A stretch of 64,000 bases of DNA, taken from NCBI GenBank assembly GCA_963665815.1, contig OY762463.1, forward strand, positions 3,712,001 through 3,776,000. The letters are read 5' to 3'. Source of the stretch: Candidatus Cloacimonadales bacterium (lineage in GTDB: Bacteria; Cloacimonadota; Cloacimonadia; Cloacimonadales; JAIOQZ01). The notes beneath the pieces were generated by a model that saw only the letters and a list, made by a program, of their open reading frames with translations, had not been told where the DNA came from and searched no databases. Shown piece by piece: positions 1-10,599 of this stretch. The position numbers and the translations under genes are program-made. How positions within the stretch are numbered: position 1 is the first letter of the stretch; each line of letters begins with the position of its first letter.

Positions 1-759
1 ATCCAGATCCTGCTGGTTTTCTTTTCCAAAGTTGATTGATACTTTTTCTACTCCTGTAAGAATTACAAGACGCTCAGCATCAATTTGAATTGCGAGAAGA
101 GCAGAAGCATAATCTTTATCTATTACAGCATCAAAGCCTTCAAAGAGACCTTCTTCTGTTTTGTAGAATGGAACACCACCGCCTCCGCAGGCAACAACGA
201 TTTTACCGTCATCAACTAAGTTTTTGATAATTGATTTTTGCACAATATCAACAGGTTTTGGAGAAGGCACAACTTGTCTGTAACCCCTACCGGAGTCTTC
301 TACCATTGTCCATCCGTATTCCTCGATCATCTTGTCTGCTTGTTCCTTGGTAAAGAACGGACCGACCGGCTTGGACGGATTTTTAATACTTGGATCGTTT
401 TCATCTACAAGAACCTGGGAGATAATAGTAACAACGTTACGATCTATTTTTTCCTTTATCAATCTGTTTTGCAGAGATTGCTCAATCATATAGCCCATTG
501 TTCCTTCGGTAGCCGCATTGAGAACACCAAGTGGAAGCGGAGCAACATTTTTCTCTAAACCGGCGAGCTGTTGTATTAACAGATTACCGACTTGTGGTCC
601 ATTGCCATGAGTAATCGCGAGGAGATAGTCCTGCTCAATTAGTTCAACAATACCGCCGAGAGATTCTCTTGTGTTAGCGAATTGTTCTGTGATTGTACCT
701 TTTTGCCCGGACTGGATTATGGCATTTCCGCCCAGAGCAAGAACAGCTTTCTTTTTCAT
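1..759 (-). CDS. arcC: Carbamate kinase (3' end runs off the window)
   Basis: My translation from ATG at 759 (not in the ORF track): MKKKAVLALGGNAI...THGNGPQVG...NPSKPVGPF...GRGYRQVVPSP...ACGGGGVP...AVIDKD, all carbamate kinase motifs. Confidence 0.95.
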   Translation of the reverse strand, partial: MKKKAVLALGGNAIIQSGQKGTITEQFANTRESLGGIVELIEQDYLLAITHGNGPQVGNLLIQQLAGLEKNVAPLPLGVLNAATEGTMGYMIEQSLQNRLIKEKIDRNVVTIISQVLVDENDPSIKNPSKPVGPFFTKEQADKMIEEYGWTMVEDSGRGYRQVVPSPKPVDIVQKSIIKNLVDDGKIVVACGGGGVPFYKTEEGLFEGFDAVIDKDYASALLAIQIDAERLVILTGVEKVSINFGKENQQDLD

Positions 760-773
760 TTATCCACCTTTCT

Positions 774-898
774 GAGTCCTTTGCATAATAACATAATCTA
801 CGACTTCAACATTGTGTGATTGATGAAATTAGAGGATAGCATCAATTTACATCAATATGAGACTCGAGATAATACTACTCCAATTACGCAAAGATTTT
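774..898. repeat. Degenerate MITE-like remnant with imperfect terminal inverted repeats
   Basis: Left end GAGTCCTTTGCATAAT (774-789); right end CTACTCCAATTACGCAAAG (875-893). Related ends occur at 16596-16680. Confidence 0.4.
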
Positions 899-904
899 AT
901 TAGA

Positions 905-935
905 AAAGAAAAGGAGACTTGAAAACAAGTCTCCT
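905..935 (-). terminator. Intrinsic terminator after the ArcE-like gene
   Basis: Stem AGGAGACTT/AAGTCTCCT (912-935), followed on the minus strand by a U-rich tract. Confidence 0.75.
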
Positions 936-954
936 CTCCTGATAATATTTTATC

Positions 955-2268
955 TTAGAAATCTTTTAATACGTCAGCAATAGTTGGTGCACCAATTTCT
1001 TGCAGGTCATATTGTACACGTGTGTGTGGGTGTTTGATATTAATGATTCTGGAAAGATCGATAGGAGTAGCGATCAGAACAGCGTCACATTCAGTAGCAT
1101 TGATTGTTTCTTCGAGATCTTTAATTTGTTGTTCGCCATAACCCATAGCAGGTAAAAGAACACCAATTTCAGGATATTTTTCGAATGTTTCTTCGATTGT
1201 ACCAACTGCGAATTCTCTAGGATCAACGAGGTTAGCAACACCACATTTGTGAGCTGCTACAACACCTGCACCGTATTCCATTTCACCGTGTGTAAGTGTA
1301 GGACCATCTTCAACAACGAGTACATCTGCACCTTTGATAAGGTCAGGATTATCTGTTGTGAGTGGTGAAGCACCATCAATAATGATAGCATCAGGGTTGA
1401 TTTCCATAACATTTTCACGTACGATCTGGATGTCGTCGAAATCTGCTGAGTCAATTTTGTTAATCACAATAACGTCAGCAAGGTGAACGTTAGTTTCACC
1501 AGGGTAGTAGGAAAGTTCGTGACCAGGTCTGTGTGGGTCAACAACTACTATTTTGAGTTCTTTATCTGAAGTGTAGAAAGAAATATCATTATTTCCACCA
1601 TCCCAGATGATTACATCAGCTTCTTTTTCGGCTTCGCGAACGATTGCTTCGTAGTCAACACCAGCGTAAATTACACTGCCCATAGCGATATGTGGTTCGT
1701 ACTCTTCCATTTCTTCGATAGTACATTTGTGTTTTTCAAGATCAGCAAGTTCTGCGTATCTTTGTACTTTTTGAGCAACAAGGTCGCCGTAAGGCATAGG
1801 GTGTCTGATAGAAACAACTTTTTTACCTTTAGCTTTGAGAGCTTTAACAACCGCTCTGGTTGTCTGGCTTTTTCCACAACCTGTACGAACAGCAGTGATA
1901 GAAACTAATGGTTTTGTTGTTTTAACCTGAGTATGTTTTGCTCCCATGAGCATGAAGTCAGCACCTGTTGCATTCACTAATGATGCGTTATGCATAACTC
2001 TTTCATGAGGAACATCACTGTATGCAAATACAACGATATCAATGTTATGTTTTTCAATAAGAGATACAAGCTCTTCTTCTGCGAAGATGGGAATTCCTTC
2101 CGGATAAAGTTCTCCGGCGAGTTCTGCAGGATATTTCCTACCATCAATGTCAGGAATTTGGGTAGCTGTAAAAGCCACAATTTCGTAGTCTTCATTGTTT
2201 CTGAAGTATGTATTGAAATTGTGGAAATCTCTTCCGGCTGCACCCATAATAATAACTTTTTTCTTCAT
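955..2268 (-). CDS. COG2403 P-loop protein (cyclic 2,3-diphosphoglycerate synthetase-like); probable arginine synthetase ArcE
   Basis: N-terminal MGAAGRDFHNFN, P-loop AVRTGCGKS, RHPMPYGDL, WDGGNND and VEDGPTLTHG motifs; adjacent to carbamate kinase. Confidence 0.75.
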   Translation of the reverse strand: MKKKVIIMGAAGRDFHNFNTYFRNNEDYEIVAFTATQIPDIDGRKYPAELAGELYPEGIPIFAEEELVSLIEKHNIDIVVFAYSDVPHERVMHNASLVNATGADFMLMGAKHTQVKTTKPLVSITAVRTGCGKSQTTRAVVKALKAKGKKVVSIRHPMPYGDLVAQKVQRYAELADLEKHKCTIEEMEEYEPHIAMGSVIYAGVDYEAIVREAEKEADVIIWDGGNNDISFYTSDKELKIVVVDPHRPGHELSYYPGETNVHLADVIVINKIDSADFDDIQIVRENVMEINPDAIIIDGASPLTTDNPDLIKGADVLVVEDGPTLTHGEMEYGAGVVAAHKCGVANLVDPREFAVGTIEETFEKYPEIGVLLPAMGYGEQQIKDLEETINATECDAVLIATPIDLSRIINIKHPHTRVQYDLQEIGAPTIADVLKDF

Positions 2269-2529
2269 TCCAATCTCCTTGTATTATATTGATAGTCACA
2301 ACGTTATTTATAAAATTTAAGAGTCAAGGAAAACTTTTAGAGAATGAGTGATAATTGATGAAAAGTGTCTGCTCGTGCTGTTCAACAGTCTGTTGGTATG
2401 CAGATATTTGTATGTGATTGTAGAATAATTCAGAAATTTTTGCATGCTCATGGCTGAAGAGATGAAATTGCTTGACTGTCATATGCTATCTTGATAACCT
2501 GCGAATAATAATATTAGGGAGGAATCTAT

Positions 2530-3108
2530 ATGGCAAAACATTTATTGTGGGTAATATTGCTAACTATCTGTTCTCAATTTTTATCTGGTGTTACGAGTGA
2601 AAGCCATCTTGAAAATACAGCAAAACTTCTTAGGTCGATTGGAATGGAAGAAATGTCCGAGATTTTCTGGGAAGAGAGAGTTTTTCAAACAAGAATAACA
2701 CATCATCCAGATTTACCTGATTCTGTCTGGAATATTGTTCGTGAAGAAATGGATGAAAAGATGACATTTTTCAATTCAATGATAGATTTTTATGCAACTC
2801 AATTCAGTGAGGATGAAGTTAAGGAATTAATTGATATTGTTGGTTCTGAATTGCTACAAAGGTTTTATGAATTTATGGGGAACACACAAAATATGTATGA
2901 CTCCACTATTGAGGAACTTTTTAAAAAAGAGTTTACTGAAGAAGAGAATGCTGAGCTGGAACGTTTTTTCGATTCAAAAGCTTATAGAAGATTCAGAGAA
3001 GTTACAGAATCTTCAGCTGGAAACAAAAACAAACATGCTCTTGAACTCGGTAGTGAAGTTTCAAAGCGAATCACAAAGTTCCTGAAAGAAAGAGGATTTA
3101 TTGAATAG
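2530..3108 (+). CDS. Secreted DUF2059-like protein
   Basis: Signal peptide; two repeats of F(S/T)E(D/E)E..EL..F/I..S; strong SD GGGAGG. Confidence 0.55.
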   Translation: MAKHLLWVILLTICSQFLSGVTSESHLENTAKLLRSIGMEEMSEIFWEERVFQTRITHHPDLPDSVWNIVREEMDEKMTFFNSMIDFYATQFSEDEVKELIDIVGSELLQRFYEFMGNTQNMYDSTIEELFKKEFTEEENAELERFFDSKAYRRFREVTESSAGNKNKHALELGSEVSKRITKFLKERGFIE

Positions 3109-3157
3109 TAATTATAGCGTTATATATTTCTTGAAGTATTGTATTTTGTGAGTCCTT

Positions 3158-4108
3158 ATGAAAAAATACATTATATCTATTCTGATTCCATTTTCTCTTC
3201 TCATTACAGCTTGTAATAAAGGCAATATAACAAATGTAATTGCTCCCCGAGATTCTCTTGGGTGGCAGAATAATGATGAGTACTATTTTCAGAACATCAA
3301 AGGTTTGACATGTTCTAATGATAAGCTGTTTGCTCTCGATAGCTCTCAGGGCAAAGTATTCGCATTTAACCTTAATAGTTTTGAGTATTTGAATGAATAC
3401 TGCTTTCCCGGAAAAGGCCCAGGAGAATTGTCTGCCCCGGAAGATATTGCAGTAATTGATGACAGTTTATACATTACTGATGTAGGTAGCAGAAAGCTTG
3501 TAGCTGTTTCAGTTTCAAACAAAACATTCCGTGAGATGAAAACAGATTTATTATTCTATTTGTCTGAGTCTGCGGGAAAGCTATATACTGCCGGTATGCC
3601 TTTTCTGGAGACTTCGGAAATCAGTGTAATGGAGAGCGGAAAATTCAAAGAGATTGCTGAACCGAACAAGTTGTTTCCTGCAAATGAAGATAAGAAAAAT
3701 GACAGACTATATAATATGTACAGTTTCAATACTATTAATGACCGGATTGTTGTTGCTAAAAGATTTTTCGATAATAAGCTTGTTTTGAGTGAAAGTGGAG
3801 AATCAGAGAACATTACTTTTGAAGAACCGGATGTGAGTAATGCTGATCTTACTATATTTGGAAGACCAATGCCATATAAGCAGGGATTTATACAGCCTGT
3901 ATCTGTTCGATATAAATCTGAAAATGGAACATCTGCCACAGGCAAAACTAATTTGTATTACTACAAAAATGGGAATATCGTGAAAACATGGCGACTAGAA
4001 ACCAACAATAAAATGCTTGTTTTCTATACAAACTGGGTTTTGCACGACAACATAGTTATGGTCCCTCTTCAGGCAGAAGGGATGATTTATAAGTATGAAC
4101 TGGATTAA
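3158..4108 (+). CDS. Lipoprotein, 6-bladed beta-propeller/NHL-like
   Basis: Lipobox LITAC; GKGPGELSAPEDIAV and LYITD blade motifs. Confidence 0.7.
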   Translation: MKKYIISILIPFSLLITACNKGNITNVIAPRDSLGWQNNDEYYFQNIKGLTCSNDKLFALDSSQGKVFAFNLNSFEYLNEYCFPGKGPGELSAPEDIAVIDDSLYITDVGSRKLVAVSVSNKTFREMKTDLLFYLSESAGKLYTAGMPFLETSEISVMESGKFKEIAEPNKLFPANEDKKNDRLYNMYSFNTINDRIVVAKRFFDNKLVLSESGESENITFEEPDVSNADLTIFGRPMPYKQGFIQPVSVRYKSENGTSATGKTNLYYYKNGNIVKTWRLETNNKMLVFYTNWVLHDNIVMVPLQAEGMIYKYELD

Positions 4109-4125
4109 ACACAACTAAAACTACT

Positions 4126-5043
4126 ATGCTGAACACAGATTTTATCCCTAATTTCAAAGAGCTTTTGTCTTCTAAAGGGGACAAGGTTATTTATGATAAA
4201 ATTCTGGATTCCCCTGCTTACCGCGAACTATTCTCAAGGGAATATTGTCTGAGCAAGTCCAGAATGAAATACATATTTGACCTTTGCATAGGCGAAAAAA
4301 GTAGGTATCTGCAGGCTATAAAATCACACTATAAAACAAAGCAGGACATTAAGTACAGGTTCTATGAGTATCTGATAAAGTCAGTACAAACCGTAACAAA
4401 ACGGATATCAGATATTGAGAAGCACATAAACAGTATCGATTTGATACGCTTAGAGATGGATGTTAAGCAGAGACTATCCGAGTTTATAGACTTCGATGAT
4501 AACGATATATTACCTGAGGTATATTTTGTTATTTCTCCTGGGTATTTCGGTTATGAGCCGATAATAATGGATTTATCATTTCTTGTGGATGAAGAGACGG
4601 GGGAGATGATAAACTATAACAATCTGGTTAATACAATTGCCCATGAATGCTTTCATGTAATCAGGGCTCGCGAGTTAAAGAAAAGTGGACTTGTCAAAAC
4701 AGGATTCAAGTCCTGGTTAATGGATCAGATTGTTAACGAAGGCATTGCAGATTGTATTGATATTCTCCCTCGATACTCGGAAGATTCTGAATTCATCAAA
4801 GGCCATAAAGAGCAGCAAAAGCAGCAGCCGGAAGTACTCAAAAGATTGAACCTGATTTTTTTTGCTACAGGAGAAAATGAGTTTACTTCTGACCAAATCT
4901 CTAAGATTAGAAAGCTTGTACCTGATGCCGGTCATGCTCTGGGATTCTACATTATTCAGAAAATGTTGGGTCGAAACAAGGAAATGAATATTAAGGATCT
5001 GGTCTATGATATGGATTTACAATCTGTATTGTTGAGTATTTGA
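4126..5043 (+). CDS. Putative Zn-dependent protease (DUF5700/DUF2268-like)
   Basis: HExxH (AHECFH), downstream NEGIAD third-ligand motif, GHALGFY. Confidence 0.7.
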   Translation: MLNTDFIPNFKELLSSKGDKVIYDKILDSPAYRELFSREYCLSKSRMKYIFDLCIGEKSRYLQAIKSHYKTKQDIKYRFYEYLIKSVQTVTKRISDIEKHINSIDLIRLEMDVKQRLSEFIDFDDNDILPEVYFVISPGYFGYEPIIMDLSFLVDEETGEMINYNNLVNTIAHECFHVIRARELKKSGLVKTGFKSWLMDQIVNEGIADCIDILPRYSEDSEFIKGHKEQQKQQPEVLKRLNLIFFATGENEFTSDQISKIRKLVPDAGHALGFYIIQKMLGRNKEMNIKDLVYDMDLQSVLLSI

Positions 5044-5253
5044 GACAGTTCTGAAATCTGAGAAATTCTCAAGATTCTAATAAAGTCTAAAACTCATTGC
5101 AGTATACCAGACAAAAAAATATTGACTAATTTATCAGTCGTCTGAATTAGTATAAAGTGATTTGCATAATTAGAAAATCGAATTGAATATGTCTTTAATG
5201 AGTAAACTTAATTATGCACACAATACAATGAAAATTCTATATCAGGAGTTTTA

Positions 5254-6687
5254 ATGCTCTTTAATTCGTTTATATTTTTTATATTTTTGCTGATTGTATT
5301 ACCAGTATTTTACATCTTACCGACCAAGCGGACAAGGAATCTTTTCCTACTGGTTGCCAGCTATGTTTTCTATGGCTACTGGGACTGGAGATTCTGCATT
5401 CTACTCGCTGTATCTACAATTGTAGACTTCATCCTTGGTCTGTCACTGAAACACACCGAGAACATCACGCACAGAAAACTGATGCTTGCTGCCAGTGTTG
5501 TGGTTAATCTTGGGATTCTGGGATTCTTCAAGTACTTCAACTTCTTTGTATCCAGCTTTGAGTCTATGATTAGTTTTACAGGTCATAATCTGGATTTCCT
5601 GCATCTGAATATCATTCTGCCTGTAGGAATTTCTTTTTATACATTCCAGACAATGTCGTATACTCTGGATATTTATAAAAGGAAGCTGGAACCAACCCAT
5701 GATTTTATAGACTTTGCTCTGTTTGTTTCCTTTTTCCCGCAGCTTGTTGCAGGTCCTATTGAAAGAGCATCTAATCTCTTACCTCAACTTTCGAAGAAAT
5801 ATGCTCCGACAAAAGATCAGTTTATTAAGGGAATTGTCCTTATTATAACAGGTTTATTTAAAAAAGTGATGATTGGGGATACAACAGGTAGGATCGTAGA
5901 CCATATTTTCGGTAATCCGGAAATATATACATCTTTTGAGCTTCTTAGTGGACTAATACTTTTCTCCCTGCAGATTTATGCTGATTTCTCAGGATACAGC
6001 AGTATTGCCAGAGGTGTATCGAAAATGCTTGGTATTGAGCTGATGAAGAACTTCGAACAGCCATATCTTTCTGCAAATATTACAGAGTTCTGGAGAAGGT
6101 GGCATATATCGCTTTCATCCTGGCTGAGAGACTACCTTTATATCTCACTTGGAGGTAACAGAAAGGGTAAGGGCAGGACATACGTAAACCTTATGGCAAC
6201 AATGCTTCTTGGTGGTCTATGGCATGGAGCAAGCTGGAATTTTGTGATCTGGGGAGGTTTACATGGACTTTATCTTGCAATTCATAAGTTTATGCTTGGA
6301 TCAAAGAAAGTAGCCTTCCGGTATGAGCATTCAGGTACTTCCAGCTTTATCAGATATCTGGGTTCCATGTTTGCTACTAACGTTCTGGTTCTTATTACCT
6401 GGCTGTTTTTCAGAGCAAAAGACTTTACGACAATCAAGATTTTCTTCACTAAGATGATACACTGGGAATCAAGTGCTCTCAGTTACAGATTCCTGACGAT
6501 TACCTTAACATTCCTTCTGGTAAATCTGCTGCTTGATGTTCTGGAATACTACACAAAGCGTCATACCTATGTTTTAAAACTGAAGAAAAAGGAATTCGCA
6601 GCAGGACTACTTACAGCTTTGATACTTGTGACCTTCACATTCATGTTCCAGTCGGAACCGTTACCTTTCGTGTATTTCCAATTTTAG
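5254..6687 (+). CDS. MBOAT O-acyltransferase (AlgI/PatA/DltB family)
   Basis: LPVGISFYTFQ, FFPQLVAGPIER, FWRRWHISLSSWLRDYLYI, GLWHGA. Confidence 0.95.
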   Translation: MLFNSFIFFIFLLIVLPVFYILPTKRTRNLFLLVASYVFYGYWDWRFCILLAVSTIVDFILGLSLKHTENITHRKLMLAASVVVNLGILGFFKYFNFFVSSFESMISFTGHNLDFLHLNIILPVGISFYTFQTMSYTLDIYKRKLEPTHDFIDFALFVSFFPQLVAGPIERASNLLPQLSKKYAPTKDQFIKGIVLIITGLFKKVMIGDTTGRIVDHIFGNPEIYTSFELLSGLILFSLQIYADFSGYSSIARGVSKMLGIELMKNFEQPYLSANITEFWRRWHISLSSWLRDYLYISLGGNRKGKGRTYVNLMATMLLGGLWHGASWNFVIWGGLHGLYLAIHKFMLGSKKVAFRYEHSGTSSFIRYLGSMFATNVLVLITWLFFRAKDFTTIKIFFTKMIHWESSALSYRFLTITLTFLLVNLLLDVLEYYTKRHTYVLKLKKKEFAAGLLTALILVTFTFMFQSEPLPFVYFQF

Positions 6688-6696
6688 GGTATAACT

Positions 6697-7713
6697 ATGA
6701 AATATATAAAATCAATAATACTTTTTGTTTTAGCTTTTTCAATTACACTCGTTGTACTTGATAGATATCTGTTATTCAGCGAAATAAACTCAACATCTCA
6801 GGATATTTTCGATAAACGATACGGGAAAATATTCCGTCCCGGACGTAAATTCTCAGCGTTTAACGAAGGTTTTTCTATCGGTGAAGTTAACGACTACAGC
6901 TATCTTTATGCTGATTATCCCAGAGAAAGAAAACCCGGCACATATCGTATAGCACTTCTTGGAGATTCGTACATTGAAGGATTCCAATTATTCGCAAGAA
7001 ACCATTTGGCATCAATTATTGAAGAAAACCTAAATTCCGGAGACTCTCAGAACAGATTTGAAGTTCTGAACTTCGGAAGAAGTGGGTTTACTCTTGAATC
7101 AATGTATGCCCAATATAAAACCTTTGTGGGTGAATTTAAACCGGATCGCACTTTGTTCTTTCTGGCTGAATCTGATTTTTACGATGAAACGAATGATGCC
7201 CTTACTCTTGGTTATGTGGTTGATAATGACAGTTTGAAGCTCAAGAATTTTTCTGAAGGCTCAATAAAGAAATATAAGATTTATTCAAGTGTAACTAAGT
7301 ATTCACCTTATTTTACTATGCTTAACAGCTGCAGAAGACTTGCGACCAGTGGAAACGCTGCTAAGATTCTGTTGGATAAATTCGCTCCCTCTCGGAAACA
7401 GGGGGGAGGTTCAGATGCAAGTTCTAAAAAAGTAAGTTCCAAAGTGAAAATGATACTTGAGAAAGTTTCTTCTGATAGCAATACTGTAATTGTAAACCGT
7501 TCAGATGAACCTTATAATGAAGAAATTACAGCGCTGTTGATTAAAAACGGAATTACTCCTGTTGAAATACCTGAAGTTATAGAAAAACTGGAGAAGCAGG
7601 GAATTGATCCTCACTATTGGTCTGCAACTAATAAAACAGGACACTGGAACTATATTGCTCATAGAGAAATAGGTGATTTTCTTTCGGAAAAACTCAGGGA
7701 AATAATTAAGTAA
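6697..7713 (+). CDS. SGNH/GDSL-fold protein (AlgJ/PatB-like partner)
   Basis: N-terminal anchor, LLGDSY, NFGRSG, C-terminal GHWN; directly downstream of the MBOAT gene. Confidence 0.8.
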   Translation: MKYIKSIILFVLAFSITLVVLDRYLLFSEINSTSQDIFDKRYGKIFRPGRKFSAFNEGFSIGEVNDYSYLYADYPRERKPGTYRIALLGDSYIEGFQLFARNHLASIIEENLNSGDSQNRFEVLNFGRSGFTLESMYAQYKTFVGEFKPDRTLFFLAESDFYDETNDALTLGYVVDNDSLKLKNFSEGSIKKYKIYSSVTKYSPYFTMLNSCRRLATSGNAAKILLDKFAPSRKQGGGSDASSKKVSSKVKMILEKVSSDSNTVIVNRSDEPYNEEITALLIKNGITPVEIPEVIEKLEKQGIDPHYWSATNKTGHWNYIAHREIGDFLSEKLREIIK

Positions 7714-7884
7714 GTAGATTACAAAAATTGCTTTTCAAAGCTACTCGTCTTCAGTAATATCAGACGACAAAAACAAATACATTTGGAGTGGTTCTCCATT
7801 CAAACAACTATATTCTGAATGAACTCAATTGGTTTTGGGGAAAACTCATCAATTTTCCTGATTAAATTCTGCTTTGGATGAGAC

Positions 7885-8838
7885 TTACTTTATATGTATT
7901 ATCTCCTGTATATCATTGATAAACATTTCAGTAAAAATATCTGCTCCCGTGGAATTCAGGTGAGACTTATCTTTAAAATACTCAGGTTTACTGAAAACTT
8001 TGTATTCTTTATTGCCGTAGTTCAAGTATGGTACTTTGTTTTCCTTCATAAACTCTCTGAAATCCTGTGGTACAAGATTGGTATTAGAGTAGAATCTTGG
8101 AGATGATACACATATTATCTTCACATTATTCTCTTGGCATACACGCACCATATCTACAACCGAATCGTATAACTCCTGATCATACACATTGACATCTATC
8201 TTAAGTGAATTCGGTTCTGTGAGAAGCTTATCTACACCCGATAAAGGCTGGTAACCCTTTATCATTTTTTTGTTTGGTGGAATAAAATAATCTCTCAGTA
8301 GGTAAGCAAAGATTGAGTTATATTTATAAAAGTTTATTTGTTTGAAGAACTTTTCAGTAAACTTGAAGTCAGATATCTCAGATGGAAAATTATCGAGATA
8401 TTTTTCTGTCAGGTAAAACGATTTTAATTTTCCGGACAGACTTTCCCGTAGTTCGAAAGACATTCCGTAGGAGAGGTCAACAATAACAGCTTCGGGTTTA
8501 TGGTTTGCCAGAAAAATTCTTAATACTCTGCTCAGTACAAAAGTATTTGTTCCATCAAGTCCTATGTTATATACTGACTTATGAAGTTCTTTCTCCATCA
8601 TTTGTGTGTTATAGTGGTGTCCAGCTCTGGAGGCACCGATTACAAGGATATCCGGTTTGGATTTTACTGCTTCCATAAGAATATATGGTGGTGAATAGCT
8701 TTTCTTTATGTTTTCGAAAACCTTTTGTGTTACAAAACCAATAAGCTGATCTAAAATCAGAACAAGCAAAAAGAATATTCCGAGTTTAATGATGAATTTT
8801 TTTACTTTAGAACTGGAAGTAGATAAATTGTGATTCAT
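7885..8838 (-). CDS. SGNH-like protein (DltD/AlgJ-like partner)
   Basis: N-terminal TM, IGASR, YNIGLDG, FKDKSHLNSTGA (DxxH); overlaps the upstream MBOAT gene. Confidence 0.75.
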   Translation of the reverse strand: MNHNLSTSSSKVKKFIIKLGIFFLLVLILDQLIGFVTQKVFENIKKSYSPPYILMEAVKSKPDILVIGASRAGHHYNTQMMEKELHKSVYNIGLDGTNTFVLSRVLRIFLANHKPEAVIVDLSYGMSFELRESLSGKLKSFYLTEKYLDNFPSEISDFKFTEKFFKQINFYKYNSIFAYLLRDYFIPPNKKMIKGYQPLSGVDKLLTEPNSLKIDVNVYDQELYDSVVDMVRVCQENNVKIICVSSPRFYSNTNLVPQDFREFMKENKVPYLNYGNKEYKVFSKPEYFKDKSHLNSTGADIFTEMFINDIQEIIHIK

Positions 8839-10234
8839 CCAATACTCCTAAGACCATAATTGATGCTACTACTATAAGATATGAACTCCATCTCAGAATT
8901 CTAGGTTTGGATAACCAGAACTCATTGATATCCATATTTGAATTGTATTCCATTGCAATCAGAATAATTATTCCAACGAAAGAATGACTGAGAGAACGGG
9001 GATCAATGAACACGCTTCCCGGTTTCAGTGTTGCAATACCCTTAAGAATAGCCCATGCCTGCTGGAAGTTTGATGCTCTGAAGAAGATCAGTCCCAGACA
9101 TAATATGATAAAAGTAAGCATATATCTGAAATAAATACTTACAGTGTAAAGCTTCATTTTCTTAAGTCGTTTATCTAATTTCTTTCTCGTTTTTCGCATG
9201 AGAATATCGTAAATCAAGAACACTGCCTGCCAGATCCCCCAGATAACAAAAGTCCAGTCAGCGCCATGCCACAATCCACTCAATAAGAAAGTTATGAATG
9301 TGAAAAAGCATATTCTGAACATTGTCGGATTTTTTTCAACGAGTGGGAAATATAAGTAGTCTTTTAACCAGGTTGTAAGTGATATGTGATTCTTCTGCCA
9401 GTATTTGGTAACATTGGCAGAGAAATAAGGGAATCGGAAGTTAACCATCAAGTCAAAGCCCATGATTCTGGCAGAACCTCTTGCCAGATCGGAATATCCG
9501 GAGAAGTCACAATATATCTGAAACGCGAATAGTATTGTTGCCAGCATATATGAGATACCGTTGTGGTGTGGGTAGTGATTGAAAACAGCATCAACATAAG
9601 TTGCAGCACGATCAGCAATAACAATTTTCTTGAACATTCCCCAAAGCATGAGACGTAGTCCCTGAGTGGCTTTATCTGTATCAAAAGTGTGTTTTCTGTA
9701 AAACTGTGGGAGAAGGTTGGTCGCTCTTTCTATTGGACCAGCCACAAGTTGTGGGAAAAAGGATACAAACAGAGCAAATATCCCGAAGTTCTTCTCCACC
9801 TTTAACTTCCCTTTGTAAACATCAATTGTGTAGCTTAATGCTTGGAAAGTGAAGAAAGAAATACCAACAGGAAGCAAAATCTTTGGCAAAGGGATTTTTA
9901 TAAGAAGTCCCATACTGCTCATGATATAGTTTATCGATTCTCCAAAAAAAATGAAGTACTTATAATAATATAGTGCTGATAGACTTAGCACTACTGATGT
10001 TATCAATGTGATTCTTTTTGTCTTTTTATTCTCAGCCTTGTTTATGGCTAAACCTGCAAGATAATTTATCCCCGTTACTCCCAAAAGAAGTATTGCATAT
10101 TCCGGTTTCCAGCACATGTAAAAGTAGTAGCTGGCAATCAACAGCAATAACCATCTTACTTTATGTGGTATTGAAAAGTAGAGAATGGTTACAACTGGGA
10201 AAAAAACTAAAAACTCAAATGAGTTGAAAAGCAT
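8807..10234 (-). CDS. MBOAT O-acyltransferase (AlgI/PatA/DltB family), second copy
   Basis: LPVGISFFTFQ, FFPQLVAGPIER, YCDFSGYSD, HISLTTWLKDY, GLWHGA. Confidence 0.95.
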   Translation of the reverse strand: MLFNSFEFLVFFPVVTILYFSIPHKVRWLLLLIASYYFYMCWKPEYAILLLGVTGINYLAGLAINKAENKKTKRITLITSVVLSLSALYYYKYFIFFGESINYIMSSMGLLIKIPLPKILLPVGISFFTFQALSYTIDVYKGKLKVEKNFGIFALFVSFFPQLVAGPIERATNLLPQFYRKHTFDTDKATQGLRLMLWGMFKKIVIADRAATYVDAVFNHYPHHNGISYMLATILFAFQIYCDFSGYSDLARGSARIMGFDLMVNFRFPYFSANVTKYWQKNHISLTTWLKDYLYFPLVEKNPTMFRICFFTFITFLLSGLWHGADWTFVIWGIWQAVFLIYDILMRKTRKKLDKRLKKMKLYTVSIYFRYMLTFIILCLGLIFFRASNFQQAWAILKGIATLKPGSVFIDPRSLSHSFVGIIILIAMEYNSNMDINEFWLSKPRILRWSSYLIVVASIMVLGVLDESQFIYFQF

Positions 10235-10599
10235 TTATACTTTCTCCAAATTATAAAATTTCATTGTGTAAAGACATATTCAATATTAAGATTTCAAGTC
10301 AAGAAATAAATTAGAGATGATACTCAGTTGTTTACTTTCCGGCAATCTGCAAGTTCTCAATAACACGCTCAGGAAAATTTATTATTTTGCAAATGATAAA
10401 TCTATATAAACCAGAGCTCTAAAAACAAAAATTACAAAATTAGTTGACAAAAAAAACTATTTACAAGTGTTAATTTACTTACGTAAGGAAATTGTGATGG
10501 AATGTATATGGGGTGTAGAACAATGCAATAACTGTGTTCCTATCCTCCGATATACATATTTGGAAATTAACTACTTAAGAACTCTTTAAAGGAGGAGTA

